From assembly GCA_951406725.2 (NCBI GenBank), contig OX597826.1:79112001-79176000 (forward strand): a stretch of 64,000 nt of DNA. The letters run 5' to 3'. The notes under the pieces were generated by a model that was not told where the DNA came from, did no database searches, and saw only the letters and a program-made list of their open reading frames with translations. Below are positions 38,380 through 52,183 of the stretch, piece after piece (the first letter of the stretch is position 1; each line of letters begins with the position of its first letter). This DNA is from Octopus vulgaris (taxonomy: Eukaryota). Made by a program: the position numbers and the translations under genes.

Positions 38380-39161
38380 TCCTCTCTGCAATATGGACAC
38401 ATATTTATCTGAGTTTATGTTTCCCTCATACACCACCAGCTCTGATCGACCATTGCTCCAAATTGCTCCCCAGACCATCACAGAATTAGCTGCCGTGTTT
38501 CATTGTTGGCTTCAATCTTTTCACATCAAATTCTTGGTCACAGAGTCTCCAGACCCACATTTGACCACTGTCTGGAAATACAGCAAATCTGGACTCCTCA
38601 GAGAATATGACAGTGTCCCAAAATGCTAGTGGCCTCTCCACCATCTCACTGGTCCAATCTTTTCTCTGCTTATGTTGGCTGGTTGAAGAAATGGCTTCTT
38701 TCTTGCTGCTCTGCCATAGTAACCAAGTTTATGGAGGCACCCGACAGCTGTTCTGCGACTGACATCAACTTATTATGCTATGACAGAGGCCTTGCCACAT
38801 GGATCATCCTCCACACTTCTCTTAGCAAAGAGAAGGGTCCTGTCAGAGGGCCCAGGTTGATCTGGGTGAGATGATGTGGACTCCTTCCCCTCTCTAGTGA
38901 ATTGCACAATCATTCTGCTAACTGTAGAAAGGTTTTCTGCGATTTTACGCTATATCCACCATCACAATGACCCACAATCAGGCCTCTTTGAAATTCAGAC
39001 AGTTCCAAGGCTTCTTTTGTACGTGGCATGATTAAAAAGCCACAAATAGAATCTGAAACATAAAAATGCCAATCAATAAAGAAAAAGTATAAACCTTTAC
39101 AAGTTAGAATAAACATAGAAACAATGTTTTATGGGGTGTCTATTTACTTCTGTCATGTCTG
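38380..39161 (-). mobile_element. Tc1-family transposon remnant (5' half)
   Basis: Minus strand MPRTKEALELSEFQRGLIVG (Tc1 HTH start) and FWDTVIFSEESRF (first catalytic D motif W..VIFSDESKF). TA|CAG terminus at 39161. Frameshifted. Confidence 0.75.
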
Positions 39162-40076
39162 TATACACACACACACACACTACATAGATATGCGTTTACT
39201 CTTTTTGTATTTGGTTTGCAAGATTCCTGATGCAAACTCATGTAACTGGTTGACGAATTATTATCAAGAAGTGAAATTGAACCAGTGTGTGTTTATCACT
39301 GGCATAATGACCCTCCTGAGTATCATCATCATCATCGTTTAACGTCCGTCTTCCGCGCTAGCATGGGTTGGACGGTTCGACCGGGGTCTGGGAAGCCAAG
39401 GGCTGCACCAGGCTCCAGTCTGATCTGGCAGAGTTTCTACAGCTGGATGCCCTTCATAACGCCAACCACTCCGCGAGTGTAGTGGGTGCTTTTTACGTGC
39501 CATCTGCACAGGTGCCAGGGGAGTCCGGCATCGACCATGATCAGTTGGTGCTTTTTACGTGCCACCGGCACGGAAGCCAGCCAAGGCGGCGCTGGCACAC
39601 TATTTAATTAAGATTTAATATTTTACAGTAGCTTGACCTGTTGATTCTGCTTTTTAAAAGATTTGGTTTCTAATTAAAATATATTATTTTCAATATTTAT
39701 TTTTAATTATTTTCAGTATTTACTTAATGTTTGTTTTCTTTTTATGGCAGCTGAAGGTACTTTTTATTTTTAATCACTAGAGTGGAAACTTGTTGTCAGC
39801 TAAGCAAACTGAGGCAAACAGAATTATGTGCCTTCATTATTGGCACAATGCAACCACTGTGTCTCTTTGTCTCCTTCCCTTATATACATATATATATATA
39901 GTTGAAAATGGATACCATGCATTCTTACATTCAACACATACGTATCTATACACAGTACATGCATAGGTTCTTCTACACATAAACACATACATACATACAT
40001 GCACACATTCGCATGTATTTTCTTGTGCTCTGATGCTAACAGTGTATGTATAAATAAATGTGTGTGTGTGTACATT

Positions 40077-40109
<33 letters not shown>

Positions 40110-40423
40110 AAACCTTCACACATGCACAAACACAATATGTGACATACATCTACTACTTCTCCATAAACACATACATACAATCCCACACAAGCACAGATAC
40201 ATAAACGTACACATCTACACCTATTTGAAGAAACCATTACCAAAATGAAGATAACAGTTATCTTTGTCCCAAACTTCTCTACTGATGCCTCTCTGTGCTA
40301 CGACTTATCTTTTCATTTTCTCCCCACATCTCTCTCTGTCTCTATCTCTGTCTGTCTGTCTCTGTCTCTCTAATGTTTGTACTTGCTTACTCTTTCACTC
40401 TCTCTGTTACTTTTCTCTTGCAG

Positions 40424-40600
40424 AAATACATGATTCCACTGAAAACCCAGAAGAACTTGGACGAGAATACAGTTGCCACTATATTTCACATGGTTCCAGA
40501 GATTCTGACACACCACTCCATCTATTTAGACTTTCTCAACAATGTTTGGGAGAACTGGGACTCCAAGTCAAGTACACTCGGTGATATAATCATCTACTTT
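40424..40600 (+). CDS. ARHGEF17: RhoGEF DH-domain exon B (KYMIPLKTQKNLDENTVATIFHMVPEILTHHSIYLDFLNNVWENWDSKSSTLGDIIIYF)
   Basis: ttgcAG acceptor at 40422-40423 and GTAAGT donor at 40601. 177 nt open, phase 0/0. YM.PLK...IF..PEIL.HH..FL...W...GD is typical of the ARHGEF17/10 DH domain. Confidence 0.92.
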
Positions 40601-40779
40601 GTAAGTAGTTCTCATCATTCACTTGATGAAAGCTTTCTCAGCCTCTACAATTAATTCTTCAGTTTATTGGGATGTGTGTGTGTGTGTGTGTATGAATGAG
40701 TAAGAGAAACATATACACCAGTGTTTATTCTTGTGTGTATATTCTGATCTATGTTATATGAACATGTGAATGTACAATA

Positions 40780-41355
40780 CAGGGTGGGCCAAAAGTAGGT
40801 TTACAGTTATTCAATTATCTCTTTCGCATTTATGTATTAAGAGTTTAGATCTTAATTAGAAGAAAAATATGAAATCGTTATTCAGCAAGATGGAGCACCT
40901 CCACATTATGCGTTAACAGCAAGAGACTACCTTGACCAAGCCTTTCCACAGCGTTGGTTTGGAAGGCAGGGCAGCATCGAATGGTCTCCACGGTCACCTG
41001 ACCTGACACCAATGGATTTCTGTTTTTGGGGGTGGGGTGTTGTAAAGAGCAAGGTTTATGAGAAGAATCCCAAAACAGTAAATGAATTAAAAGATTACAT
41101 TTCTGACGCATTTCACTGAAATTGATGGAGATCGGAATTTGTGCCGCACTGTGCGTCAGAATGTTCTGAAGAGGGTTGAAGAATGTTGCAATGTTGAAGG
41201 AGGACATTTGGAGCATCTGAGAGATTAAACATTGTCTGTTTAAGATGTGCATAAACAATGTGATTGTAAGGTAGAAATTTAAATGTAATAAAATGTTCTA
41301 AAAGAAATTTAAGGTGCCTACGTGATAACTGTAAACCTACTTTTGGGCCGCCCTG
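40780..41355 (+). mobile_element. Internally deleted Tc1/mariner-superfamily element with intact TIRs
   Basis: TA|CAGGGTGGGCCAAAAGTAGGTTTACAGTTAT ... ATAACTGTAAACCTACTTTTGGGCCGCCCTG|TA. Interior carries QQDGAPPHYA, WSPRSPDLTPMDF, KSKVY and GGHLEHL transposase C-terminal motifs with frameshifts. Confidence 0.9.
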
Positions 41356-42267
41356 TATATACTTTCATCAGTCAGTATTGCCCTCATGTAAGGCGCTGAG
41401 CCAGCAGATCTATTAGCATGCTGGGCAAAAAGCTTAGTGGCATTTCATCTGTTATCAGTTCAAATTCTACCAGAATCAACTTTGCCTTTCATCCTTTTGG
41501 GGTTGATAGAATAAATACCAGTTGAACACTGGGGTCAATGCTATCAATTTAGCCCCTCTTAAAATTGATGGCTTTGTGCCAAATGGGAAACCAATATTGC
41601 TTGCATCTGTGTTTGTGGGTGTTGCTACATGTGATATTTTGTCCTAAATCCATGATGATTTGTGCATTCATTTCCACTTAACATGTTTATGTTTCTGAAG
41701 GTATACATGAATGTGTGCATGTGAGTACACACATGCACACACAGTGCATGCTTGGTTTTTTTGAGACTCAGAGTAACAACAAAGTGAAGCCTTAGTTTCA
41801 GATGAAGGATGTATATATATATGATAAATATTAAAGAATGGAGTTGGTAAATCATTTTAATACATCGTTTACAATTGTTTCATCATTCTCCAACAAATCA
41901 GTATATCATCATCACTGTTTAATGCCCGCTTTCCCATGGGTCAGATGGAATTCGTCAAGATAGAATTTCTATAGCCCTCACCTGTTTCCAAGAACATTAA
42001 TATTTTCCCTTGGCCAGACATGTTTCTTTACAGAAGGCTGGAATGAACATCACTTGTATAGTGGAGATACTTGTTTAAAACTAAGATGTTAAAATACCAA
42101 TATAAGTTTCTTCCAGTCTCTGTCTACCAAATTCACTCACAAGGCTTTGTTTGGCCTGGGGCTATAGTAGGGGACACTTGACCACGATGGGACTAAACTT
42201 AAGACCATGTGGTTAGGAAGCAAGCTTTTTTTAACCACAGAACCACTTTATATATATATTTATTATA

Positions 42268-42673
42268 TATTATTTATATTTGACGGATAGTTGTCCCCAT
42301 CTTGTTTGTTGTTAACACCCTTTCAGCTCCACCCTTCATCAGGTCTTTCAAACCTGGGTTCTTTGATGTTATTATTATTATTGTTCACTGCCTGAAATCG
42401 AACTCGGAATCTTGGGGTTAGTAGCACACGCTCTTAACCACTACACCATATGCCCGTGGGCAGTTATGGGGTGAATTTTAAGGCTTATAAATCTAATATT
42501 TTCCTATCCTTCCTTAGGAATGAGAACCCAGGTTCGAAATTTCCCTAAGACACCTGATGAAAGCTGGAGGGTATATCAGCCGAAATGTTGTGTTAACAAT
42601 AAGCAAGATGAGAACAAATATCCATCAAATGTAAATAATGTACATAATTCCTCATCTCTTAAATACAGAACTG
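42268..42673 (+). mobile_element. Fold-back hammerhead/tRNA-module retroelement, copy 3, inserted in (TA)n
   Basis: Deleted left arm, tRNA module ~42383-42455(-), extra upstream sequence 42456-42510, right arm with hammerhead at 42549-42594(+), and tail aattcctcatctcttaaatacagaactgt. Confidence 0.8.
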
Positions 42674-44325
42674 TAATACATATATATATATATATGCATG
42701 GTCACATTCCAAATTGGTTTTTATTTGAAATTTCTATCCTCCTAGACAGATCAGGAACAATGTTATGGTTGAGCAATTCATTTTTGGTGTGGTTTCTATT
42801 GTTGCATGTCCTTCTTATTACCATCCACCTTACTGACACTGAGTGCATTGTATCATGGCACCAGCAGGAAAGAATTGTCTTGACCCTTGCAAGACTAAAC
42901 AGTCTTCTCTTTTTCTGCTCTTCATTAATTCATCAGCATCAGACATTCATATCCTGATGAAGACTAGAGAGAATCCTGTCTTTGTCTGTTTTCTCTGTTT
43001 ATTCATTTCCTCGTTTCCCATAGAAGAGAAGCAGGGTAAGAAGGTGACAGAAGAATAAAAGAAGAACCAAAGTAATAGGGGCAAGAGGGTGATAGGGGAG
43101 AGAAAAAGGGAGAGAGGTGAAGAAAGATAGCTGTGTTGTGGTTTTTGGTAAGGAGATAGGATAGAAATAACATGACTGATAAAAGAGAGAGAGAGAGAGA
43201 GAGAGTAATAGGATCAATAGGGTGATAGAGAAAATGGACAAGGGTGGGGAGGAGAAAATGAAAACAGCTACATAAGGATTGTTAGTATGGAGATGGAATA
43301 CAGACAGTATGAGCAGTTTTATGAAGGAAGAAAGTGGAAGGAGTGAGATAGAGTGATAGAAGATGGTGGGTGTTAAAATGAGTAACAGGGATGAAATAAT
43401 GGGAGAGAGAGAGAAAGATGGTAGCATTAAAAATGCAAAATTGTTAGGGTGAGTTTAATATGGAGAAATCTAATGAAATACCATTCCTTGTTGTACAGGC
43501 AGCAAGCTAAGACAAAAGAGACAGGTAACTGGAAGTCCGATTGATGGTAGAGTTGAGTAGAGTGCTGGATGTGAGAGTAACAGAGAAATAGAGAGAAGAG
43601 CAGGATAAGGAGAGTTGATATGAGCATAATGGTTAAGAGACCCAAATATAGATGTAATACATCCCAGTCTCCACCCCCATTATCATTTTTATGTCCCTTT
43701 TCCCATGCTGGTATGGGTTTTGCTCTTGGTCTCCTCTAGCACCACTCTTTACCACAAACTTCTTTTTTTTTCTGCCCTTCTCAAACCTAGCCAGGCTCAT
43801 GGGCCCGGTTTCTGTGGCGTATGTGTTCCCCCCAGCTGGACAGGACGCCAGTCCATCGCAGTATTACTCAAGAAACAGGAAAAGAGAGTGAGAGAAAGTT
43901 GTGGCAAAAGAGTACAACAGGGGTCGCCACCACCCCCTGCCAGAGCCTCATGGAGCTTTTTAGTTGTTTTCGCTCAATAAACACACACAACACCCAGTCT
44001 GGAAATCGAAACTGCGATCCTCTGACTGTGAGTCCGCTGCCCTAACCACTGGGCCATTGCGCCTCCACCTGCCACAAACTGCTGTCCCTTATTGGTGAGA
44101 GGTTCAGACTGCCATGACACTTCACTACTTCATTCCATGTCTTTCGACCTTTCTTGGTCTCCTGCTTCCACTTGAAATGCTCAACCATTTTTTGTATACA
44201 ATCAACATCCTTTTTATTAGTGGTTCCCAAAGTGGGTCATAATAGCATGGAAGGCGAACGTTAAACGATGATGATGATGATGATATATAATTTTCTAGGT
44301 TTCTTCAAACCATCTCCCCTTCATT

Positions 44326-44367
<42 letters not shown>

Positions 44368-46496
44368 CTTTCTATAATCATTATTTTCATTGTCACTGTG
44401 TTTGTGTCCCTACACCCCTCACACACACTTGACTGCCAACATTGGTTTGTTTACATCCCTGTAACTTAATGGTGTTCAGCAAAAGCAACTGATGGAGTAA
44501 GTACCAAACTTTACAGTGGTGCCCCAGCATGGCCTCGGTCATATGACTGAGCAAGTAAAAGATAAAAGATTATGATTTGTTATTTAACTCTACATCAGTC
44601 TTAATTGAGCCAACTTATCATCAAAAGCATTCCATCTTTGGAATGCTTTCTGGCACAATGTATCCTAGAAGTACATCATCCAATGAGTTCCTCCTTTTTC
44701 AAGATGGTAACATGTGATTTAAGTGAGATTTGGCTTCTATTTTTAGCCTGTCACATGAGTATATATGAGACCTTCTCATTGGGTTGTCTTTGCATGCAGG
44801 AATGGATACAAGAGGAACACCGAATGGGGAAAGATGCGAAGAAATTAACAGAACTTGAATAAGACTTGAACACAGAAACACTTTTTTAATATCTCTCTCT
44901 CTCCATCTCTCTCTCTGTCTCTCTCCATCTCTCTCTCTCTCTCTCTCCATCTCTCTCATCATCATCATCATCATTGTTATCACTATCGTCATCATCATCA
45001 CAATTTAGCATGTGTTTCCATGGTGGCATGAGATAGATGATAATGTAATCTTGAGGTTGTTGCTTTCCTCACATCTATGAAGAGGGGGTCAAGTTTTATC
45101 CCCCGACCCCCGCCGTCCTAAACTTAAATCCCAACCTCTGCCATCAAACACATGTGATGTTTACATATTTCTAGTTTCAAAACAATGTCATCAATCTTCA
45201 TATATTTCAGATAATGTTTTTGCATATATTTGTACACTGTTCTTTGAAAAACACACACACACACGCGCACAGACACACACACACACACACATGCCTGCTC
45301 ACAAGCACACACGTGTGCACACTCACATGCACACTCATGCACTACCCTCACACACTCAACACACACACTCACACACACTCACATACTCACTCACACACAC
45401 TCACTCACTCACTCACTCACTCATATTCACACTCACTCATACATACACATTCACACACACACGCACACGTTATACATTGCTGGTCACAATGTGCTTTTCA
45501 TTGTTTTAGCTTTCGAATGACCCCCACCCCAGTGACCAGGCAAGCTGGTCAACGTATCCCCTGATTGGAAGGTGATTCCATCATAGTGCCACCCATTTAC
45601 AGCTGGAGCAGCATAAAATGCAGTGTTTTGCTCAAGAACACAACACTCTACTTGGTCGAAGAATTGAACCCATGGTCTAGTGATTGAGAGTGCTGTTACC
45701 TAACCACTAGCTCATGCACCTTCATACAAACACACACACACACCCATATATATTAGACAGAAATAATGGGTTATGTACATTTGTTTATTTAATATAGGCT
45801 TACAACTGTTTCAGATATGCATTTGGGTGTGTTCAAGGTTGAATTTTATATAAATAAATGTATATATCCCATAATTCCTTTCTATTTTATGAATGACTGT
45901 AAAAAGATACCATCTTAAAATGGGCAAAACTACCATGGATTTACAAATTTGACTGGTGATCGACTTTGACCTTTGACTTCAGTTCTCCTGGAGTACAATA
46001 CTGATCATAAGACGTTTTTCTTAGCCCAGTGTATCTTTATCTATAAAGAGTGTAACAAGTATTTTGCCTGGATTAATATCTCTTATTCACCCCTCTTTGT
46101 TTTGGTAAATATTATTATTATGGGGTTTATGCAGAATATTGAGAATCTGTATATCTATTCATAACAAATTCTATTCATTCTTAATGTGTTCTGGCACATT
46201 TGAATGTAAATATTTGACTGCTGTTGTTTTTCCTCCTCAGAGAACATCTCCCTTTAGATGTTGTCTGATCATAACACACGTGATTCATTGATGTGTGGCG
46301 ACTCTGAGACACCAGTGTAATTCATCTTTGTCTCCTCAGTAAGAGGAATCAAAGAAGAATACTGGCAAACAAATTCTTTGCAGATGCTTACTGAGGTCTG
46401 CCAAACTGATAATTCATGAGGTGCCCACAGAACATCAAGAATCCAAACCATAATGAGGAGATGCATTTGTGATGGTGGTGGCAGTGGCAACCATTG

Positions 46497-46688
46497 TTCA
46501 TTATTTACATTATTTACATTTGACGGATATTTGTCCTCATCTTGTTTGTTGTTAACACAACGTTTCGGCTGATACACCCTCCAGCCTTCATCAGGTCTCT
46601 TGAGGAAATTTCAAACATGGATTCTCATTCCTAAGGTATTTTTCGATAATATTATCATTATTATTCAGGTCACTACTTGGAATCTTGC
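46497..46688 (-). mobile_element. Half copy (copy 4) of the same family, with an intact-core hammerhead at 46554-46599(-)
   Basis: Minus strand GAGAC-CTGATGA-A-GGCTG-gagggtgtat-CAGCC-GAAAC-GTT^GTGTT. Truncated within the tRNA module. Confidence 0.8.
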
Positions 46689-46778
46689 CTTACAGGAACT
46701 CAGCATTTCTGTGATTGTTAGACCTACTATAAGAAGCAGTCAGATCTTTGAGATTCAAAGGTAGGCTATGTATAGTCT

Positions 46779-47254
46779 CATTACAGGCTGACCAGGCCAT
46801 ACCCTTTCTAGTTTGAAAATCTTTTTCAGATGATGATATGTATGACCCAAGATATTTGTAATCAGAAACCATATTTAAGAGCATATTGTTGAGAGTATGG
46901 ATGATGAAATCTCTGTTGGACAGGCACTTGTTTACGTATTCAGTCTTGGACTCATTGAGGTAAAGACCTACACAATTTGAGGCTTGTTCAAGAGATTGTA
47001 AAAGAGACTGGGCATTGGAGAGAGAATCACTAAGTGCGACATTGTTGTAGAGCTGAAAATAAGGTAAATTCTACTCTTCTCCTCTGGAAGCCATCTACTC
47101 GCGATACCAGAGGGCGCACACTCTTCTACCCTGATGTAATCTCCAGGGATACAGGCATCCAGCAACAGGACCTCCGTAATGCTATGATGGACCGTGAAGT
47201 CTGGCGTAACATAGTAAATTCCATTGTCTCGACCACGATCGAACAATGATGATG
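46779..47254 (+). mobile_element. 5'-truncated, 5'-inverted RTE-type LINE insertion
   Basis: 46779-~46968 reads on - as GLYLNESKTEY...YKYLGSYISSSEKDFQTRKGMAWSA (RT thumb). ~46969-47249 reads on + as ...WKP...RGR...DLRNAMMDREVWRNIV...* followed by a (GAT)n tail. TSD ATGTATAGTCT at 46768-46778 and 47255-47265. Confidence 0.85.
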
Positions 47255-48815
47255 ATGTATAGTCTAGATAAAGGATGGACGGTCATGACTAGAATGTCTT
47301 TGATCATGGGTTTACTCTATCAAGATCACCCAGGGAATAAGCCACAATAACATGAATGTGAGAAAACATCAGATAACTTTTTTTGCTGCGAAGTTCTTTT
47401 TTCTTTTTTGCGCATATTTATTAATTACAAGTCGTTAAATACTTCCTACCACTCCTTTCAGGCCTCGTTTATCAGTTATTGACTTTGTGAGATTCAAAAT
47501 GATCACGAGGTGCAGTGGGGGTGGGGTCATTGGCCTAAACAGTTTGGATACAGCTTATACATTGAGGTGCCAGCCTGGCTAGATATGGGCTTGGCTATTG
47601 CGGTTAACAAGCTCACATAGCAACCACATGGCTTCAGGGTGTCAGTCCCACTGAGGTACCGTGGGCAAGTGTTTTCATCTCTTGCCCCAAGCAAATTAAT
47701 GCCTTATGAATTAATTTGGTTGACAGAAACTTTGTGGAAGCCAGGTGTGTGTGTGTTTTCCTTTCACTCAGCCACTTGACAACTGGTGTTGGTTTGTTTA
47801 CATCCCTGTAACAGTTTGGCAAAAGAGACGGATAGAATAAGTACAGATTTAAAAACAAAAGCAGTGCCACAGCATGGCTACAGTCCAACGTCTGAAAGAA
47901 TTAATAGATAACAGATAATTCTTAAGCAAGCATCTTGTTTGTAGTTATCTACTAAGTAGATGTTTTCATTTTTTCTTTCTTGGAAACAAGATTTGTCCGT
48001 GGTTTAGTTATTTTGCCATCCATAACTTTTTTTTTTCTTTTCAATATCTGAGTGGTTTTCTGTAGAACATCGACATATTGTACAACAATCTGAGGCTATG
48101 GTCAGAGACACTCATGCCAAGTGCCTTTTAGTGGAGTTGAACCTGAAGACATTTCATTGCAAAATGAGCTTTCTTAATCACGCAGCCATGTCAACACCCT
48201 TATGCCAACTGGATTGCATATGCTTCACTAAAAAGATCTAATAAGATTGGAACATGTCTTTGATTTAATCAGTTGGCTTTAAAGACAACATCCACTTCTA
48301 TCTGCATTATCCATATTTTTCCCAAACCTTCTCTTTGATAATTATTATTGGATTATAGGCTTTTCTCTTTACTTGTTGTTCTTTTCAGTCATGCAAATTA
48401 CATGGCAACCCCACTAGTGTTGGTGCCATGAAAAAAATAAAGCACCCAGTACATATTGTGAAGTGTTTGGTGTTGGGAAGGGCATCCAGCTGCAGGAACT
48501 GTACCGAAGCAGACCTAGTGTACAATGCTTCACTGTGGCTCACCAGATGCTGTCAAACGGATCAACCCATGCCAGCATGGAAAATGGATGCTAAATTCTT
48601 TTATTCTTTCACTTGTTTCAGTCATTTGACTGTGGCCATACTGGAGCACTGCCTTTAGTTGAACAAATTAACCCCAGGACTTATCCTTTGTAAGCCTAGT
48701 ACTTATTCTACCGATCTCTGCCAAGCTACTATGTTATAGGGATGTAAACACACCCAAAAAATCGGTTGTCAAGCAATAGAGGGGGGAACAAACACAGACA
48801 TACAAACATACATAC

Positions 48816-48846
<31 letters not shown>

Positions 48847-49584
48847 TACAATGGGCTTCTTTCAGTTTCCGTCTACCAAATCCACTCACGAGGCTTTAGT
48901 CAGCTCGAGGCTATAGTAGAAGACACTTGTCCATGGTGCCACGCAGTGGGACTGAACCCGAAACCATGTAATGAGGAACCAAGCTTCTTACCACACAGCC
49001 ACGCCTGCAACCTATGGCAACAGTGCTAATAATTATTTCCCTTTGTTGGGTTTTTCTCCCCCTCCCCTCAATTTTAATAATGGTACAATTTCCTTTCCTT
49101 ATATCCAAGTGTAAAACGTAGTTGAACTCTAATTTTATTTATTCCATATTTTCAATGAAAAAAAAAAAGTAATGTTTGAGGCTTATTTGTGAGGAAGGGG
49201 GTATTTGTTGTTCTTGCAATGGTGTTTCCTCCGATTCTTGGCTTTATACACCATCCAGCTCGGAGATAAACTTACAGCTTGTTAATACGGCTTTTGTTGA
49301 TTCTTGCTGGCTTTTTGGTAACAGTGATTCTTCACTCAAGGTCTTCGGTTCACATTTCTGGGTTATAAATTTATTTTCAAGAAGAGTTGGCTACATATAT
49401 ACACGTGTGTGTGTGTGTGTGAGCATGCATGCGTGTGCATATGTTTCTTTATATGTGTATTAGCATGTGTGTGCACATGCATGCATGTATGTATGCGTGT
49501 GCATATCACTATATGTACTGTATGTTTGTATGTATGTTTTTGTATGTATATATGTATGTATAAATATGTGTATGTATGTATGTG

Positions 49585-49615
<31 letters not shown>

Positions 49616-51286
49616 AGAAAGTAATTAACAGCCTATCTTGTTTTTCATTTGAAATCTGAGAGAGGGGTGGGGTGGGGGGCGAAAGTAGATCAGGGTTGGA
49701 CTTAACTGAATACTGCAGATTTATTTCTAGTTTAACAGATTTATTACTTTCAACATTGAATATGTTAACACTAAGTTATTTACTAACAGACACTGGCTGG
49801 AACAATAGATTCATTATTGGTGCTGGTACCGAAGGCCCTCCCCCCTCCACACACACACACACTCCAAATCCATGTCTTCTTTGACTACATCCCACTTTCT
49901 TGTTACCTCTACTTGCATTATATATCTGTGTATGTATGTGTGTGTGTATGTATGTGTGAGTGTGTATGTATATATATGTGTGTGTGCATGTGTATTTTAC
50001 ATTCCTTCTTTTTCTCTATATAAAGTGATAAAGTCTTGCAATCTGGGTTGAATATGGTTTGCTGAGGAGATCTGATAAAGCTGAAACAAGTCTATTGATT
50101 TCATTTGTTGGCTTTAAATACAACATTCACTCCCATCTGCATCATCTTTATTTCTCCAAAAATTTCAGTTAGATGATTTTTTTTACCAGGTTTCTTCCCT
50201 TTCCTGTACCTTAAGCCTTTTGCTCCCTATCAAACATAATCCATTGATGACTTTTCTCCATGGTTCCACCCACAAGGTTTTGGTCAGCCCATGTCTATAG
50301 TAAAAGACACTAACCTGAACCTGGAACCGTGTGGTTGGGAGGCAAACTTTCTTACCCAACAGCCATGCTTGGGCCATAATTCTAGGTTTTACTCTTCCTC
50401 CTTTCCCATTCATTTTATCTTCTATTAGCAATCCTTGGAATTCAGTTTTTCCTAATTGAGGGTCCAGAATATTTTTTCTTTCTTTGATGTTTTCCTGTAA
50501 AATATTCTTAGTTTTTACGTTCTTCATAACTTGTCATTGGTTTTCAAGTTCCGTCCAGTTTTGTGAAAAGTCTTCTTTTGCCCTCATCTCAAACGCTTGT
50601 AACCTATTTGGTAAAACTTTGATTTGAGACCCATATAGCAGAGTGGACCATACATAACAATTAGTTCACAATGCATAACATTAATAGTAATTATATGTAT
50701 TTTGATATTTATATGTAAACATAACTCTGTGGTTAAGAAGTTGGTTTGGGTTACCAAGGGTTCAGAGTTTGATCCCACTACAAAGTATTGGGAGCAAATA
50801 TTTACTGAAGCTTTTGTTTGATCTTCATCTTCAGAGTGAGATTTGATAAATTGAAACTTTGTGAGAAAGAGGCCTGTTATCCAACCATCTGTCCATCTGC
50901 CCGCCTGTCCGTCTGCCCATCTGTCGATCTGTCTGTCCACCTGTCCGTTCCCCCATCAACATGTGTGTGTGGGGGTTAATATCTTGCTTGGAAACAGATA
51001 AGGACTGACACCAGACCGGACATCTGGCCCTAGTAAATTTTGTTCCAGTATAGACTCATCTGACCCATGCAAACATAGAAAAGTAGATGTTAAAATGATG
51101 ATAACGAGGATATGCCTCCAGTTTTCCAAAACGGCTGAAGCCATCCATGATCCACCTTTATATATTAATATCCCATTCTATATCTCTCCACAGTTCTCCA
51201 AACACACAGGGCCATGACCTATATGTATGTATGTATGTATATATATATATAAATATATAAATTTATTTTTCTTTATCTCTCCACAG

Positions 51287-51403
51287 TTTTCCAAACAGAC
51301 AGTATTAGACAGCTATCTCTCATTTGTTGATAATTACAAGAAATCTGGCAATGCTCTTGAAAATGACTTGCTGACAAAATCTTCTGTGTCAAAATTTATT
51401 GAG
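51287..51403 (+). CDS. ARHGEF17: RhoGEF DH-domain exon C (FSKQTVLDSYLSFVDNYKKSGNALENDLLTKSSVSKFIE)
   Basis: ccacAG acceptor and GTAAGT donor at 51404. 117 nt, phase 0/0. FSK..VLD.Y..FVDNY motif as in ARHGEF10/17. Confidence 0.92.
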
Positions 51404-51695
51404 GTAAGTGGCTTACGAGGCATGGCATGGCGGCATGCACACAAACGCATACCTTATTGACTGTCTCTTTCTGTCTATTACTCTCTCTCTCTGTCCTTGT
51501 GTGTGTCTACTAGCTGACTTTTTCTCTCCCCCCACCCCCTATTGTCTTTTTCATTCATCAACTAAGAGTGCACATGGCTTGTTAGGCTGAAGATTTTGTC
51601 TGTCTTTTAGTATTCCACCTGTTCTTGCTCTTGCTTCCCTCACCTGAAAAGACAATGTTATTGCAGTATGTGTATATGAAGGTAACTATTTATAT

Positions 51696-51747
<52 letters not shown>

Positions 51748-51936
51748 CTAATGGTAAGTCTGCATGTCTATTGTTGTATTATGCTCACCTAAACTAACTA
51801 ATTGCTTGTGTGTACCTAGTACCGAGCTTACAGTATTTTAAAGCAACTCTTAGTTGTCATATGTTGGTAGTTTACTATCAGTATGTATATATACACGCAC
51901 GTATCTCTCTTTCTTTCTCTCTCTCTCTCTCTCTCC

Positions 51937-51972
<36 letters not shown>

Positions 51973-52132
51973 CACGGATGGTTGGCATTAGGAAGGGCAT
52001 CCAGCTGTAGAAACACTGCCCAATCAGACTGGAGCCTGGTACAGCCTCCCGGCTTCCCAGACCCCTGTCGAACCGTCCAACCCATGCTAGCATGGAAAAC
52101 GGATGTTAAACGATGATGATGATGGTGATTGA

Positions 52133-52183
<51 letters not shown>

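Noticed and set aside
42953-42990. CTGATGAAGAC...GTCTT possible hammerhead
   Set aside because: It lacks the GAAA half of the core.
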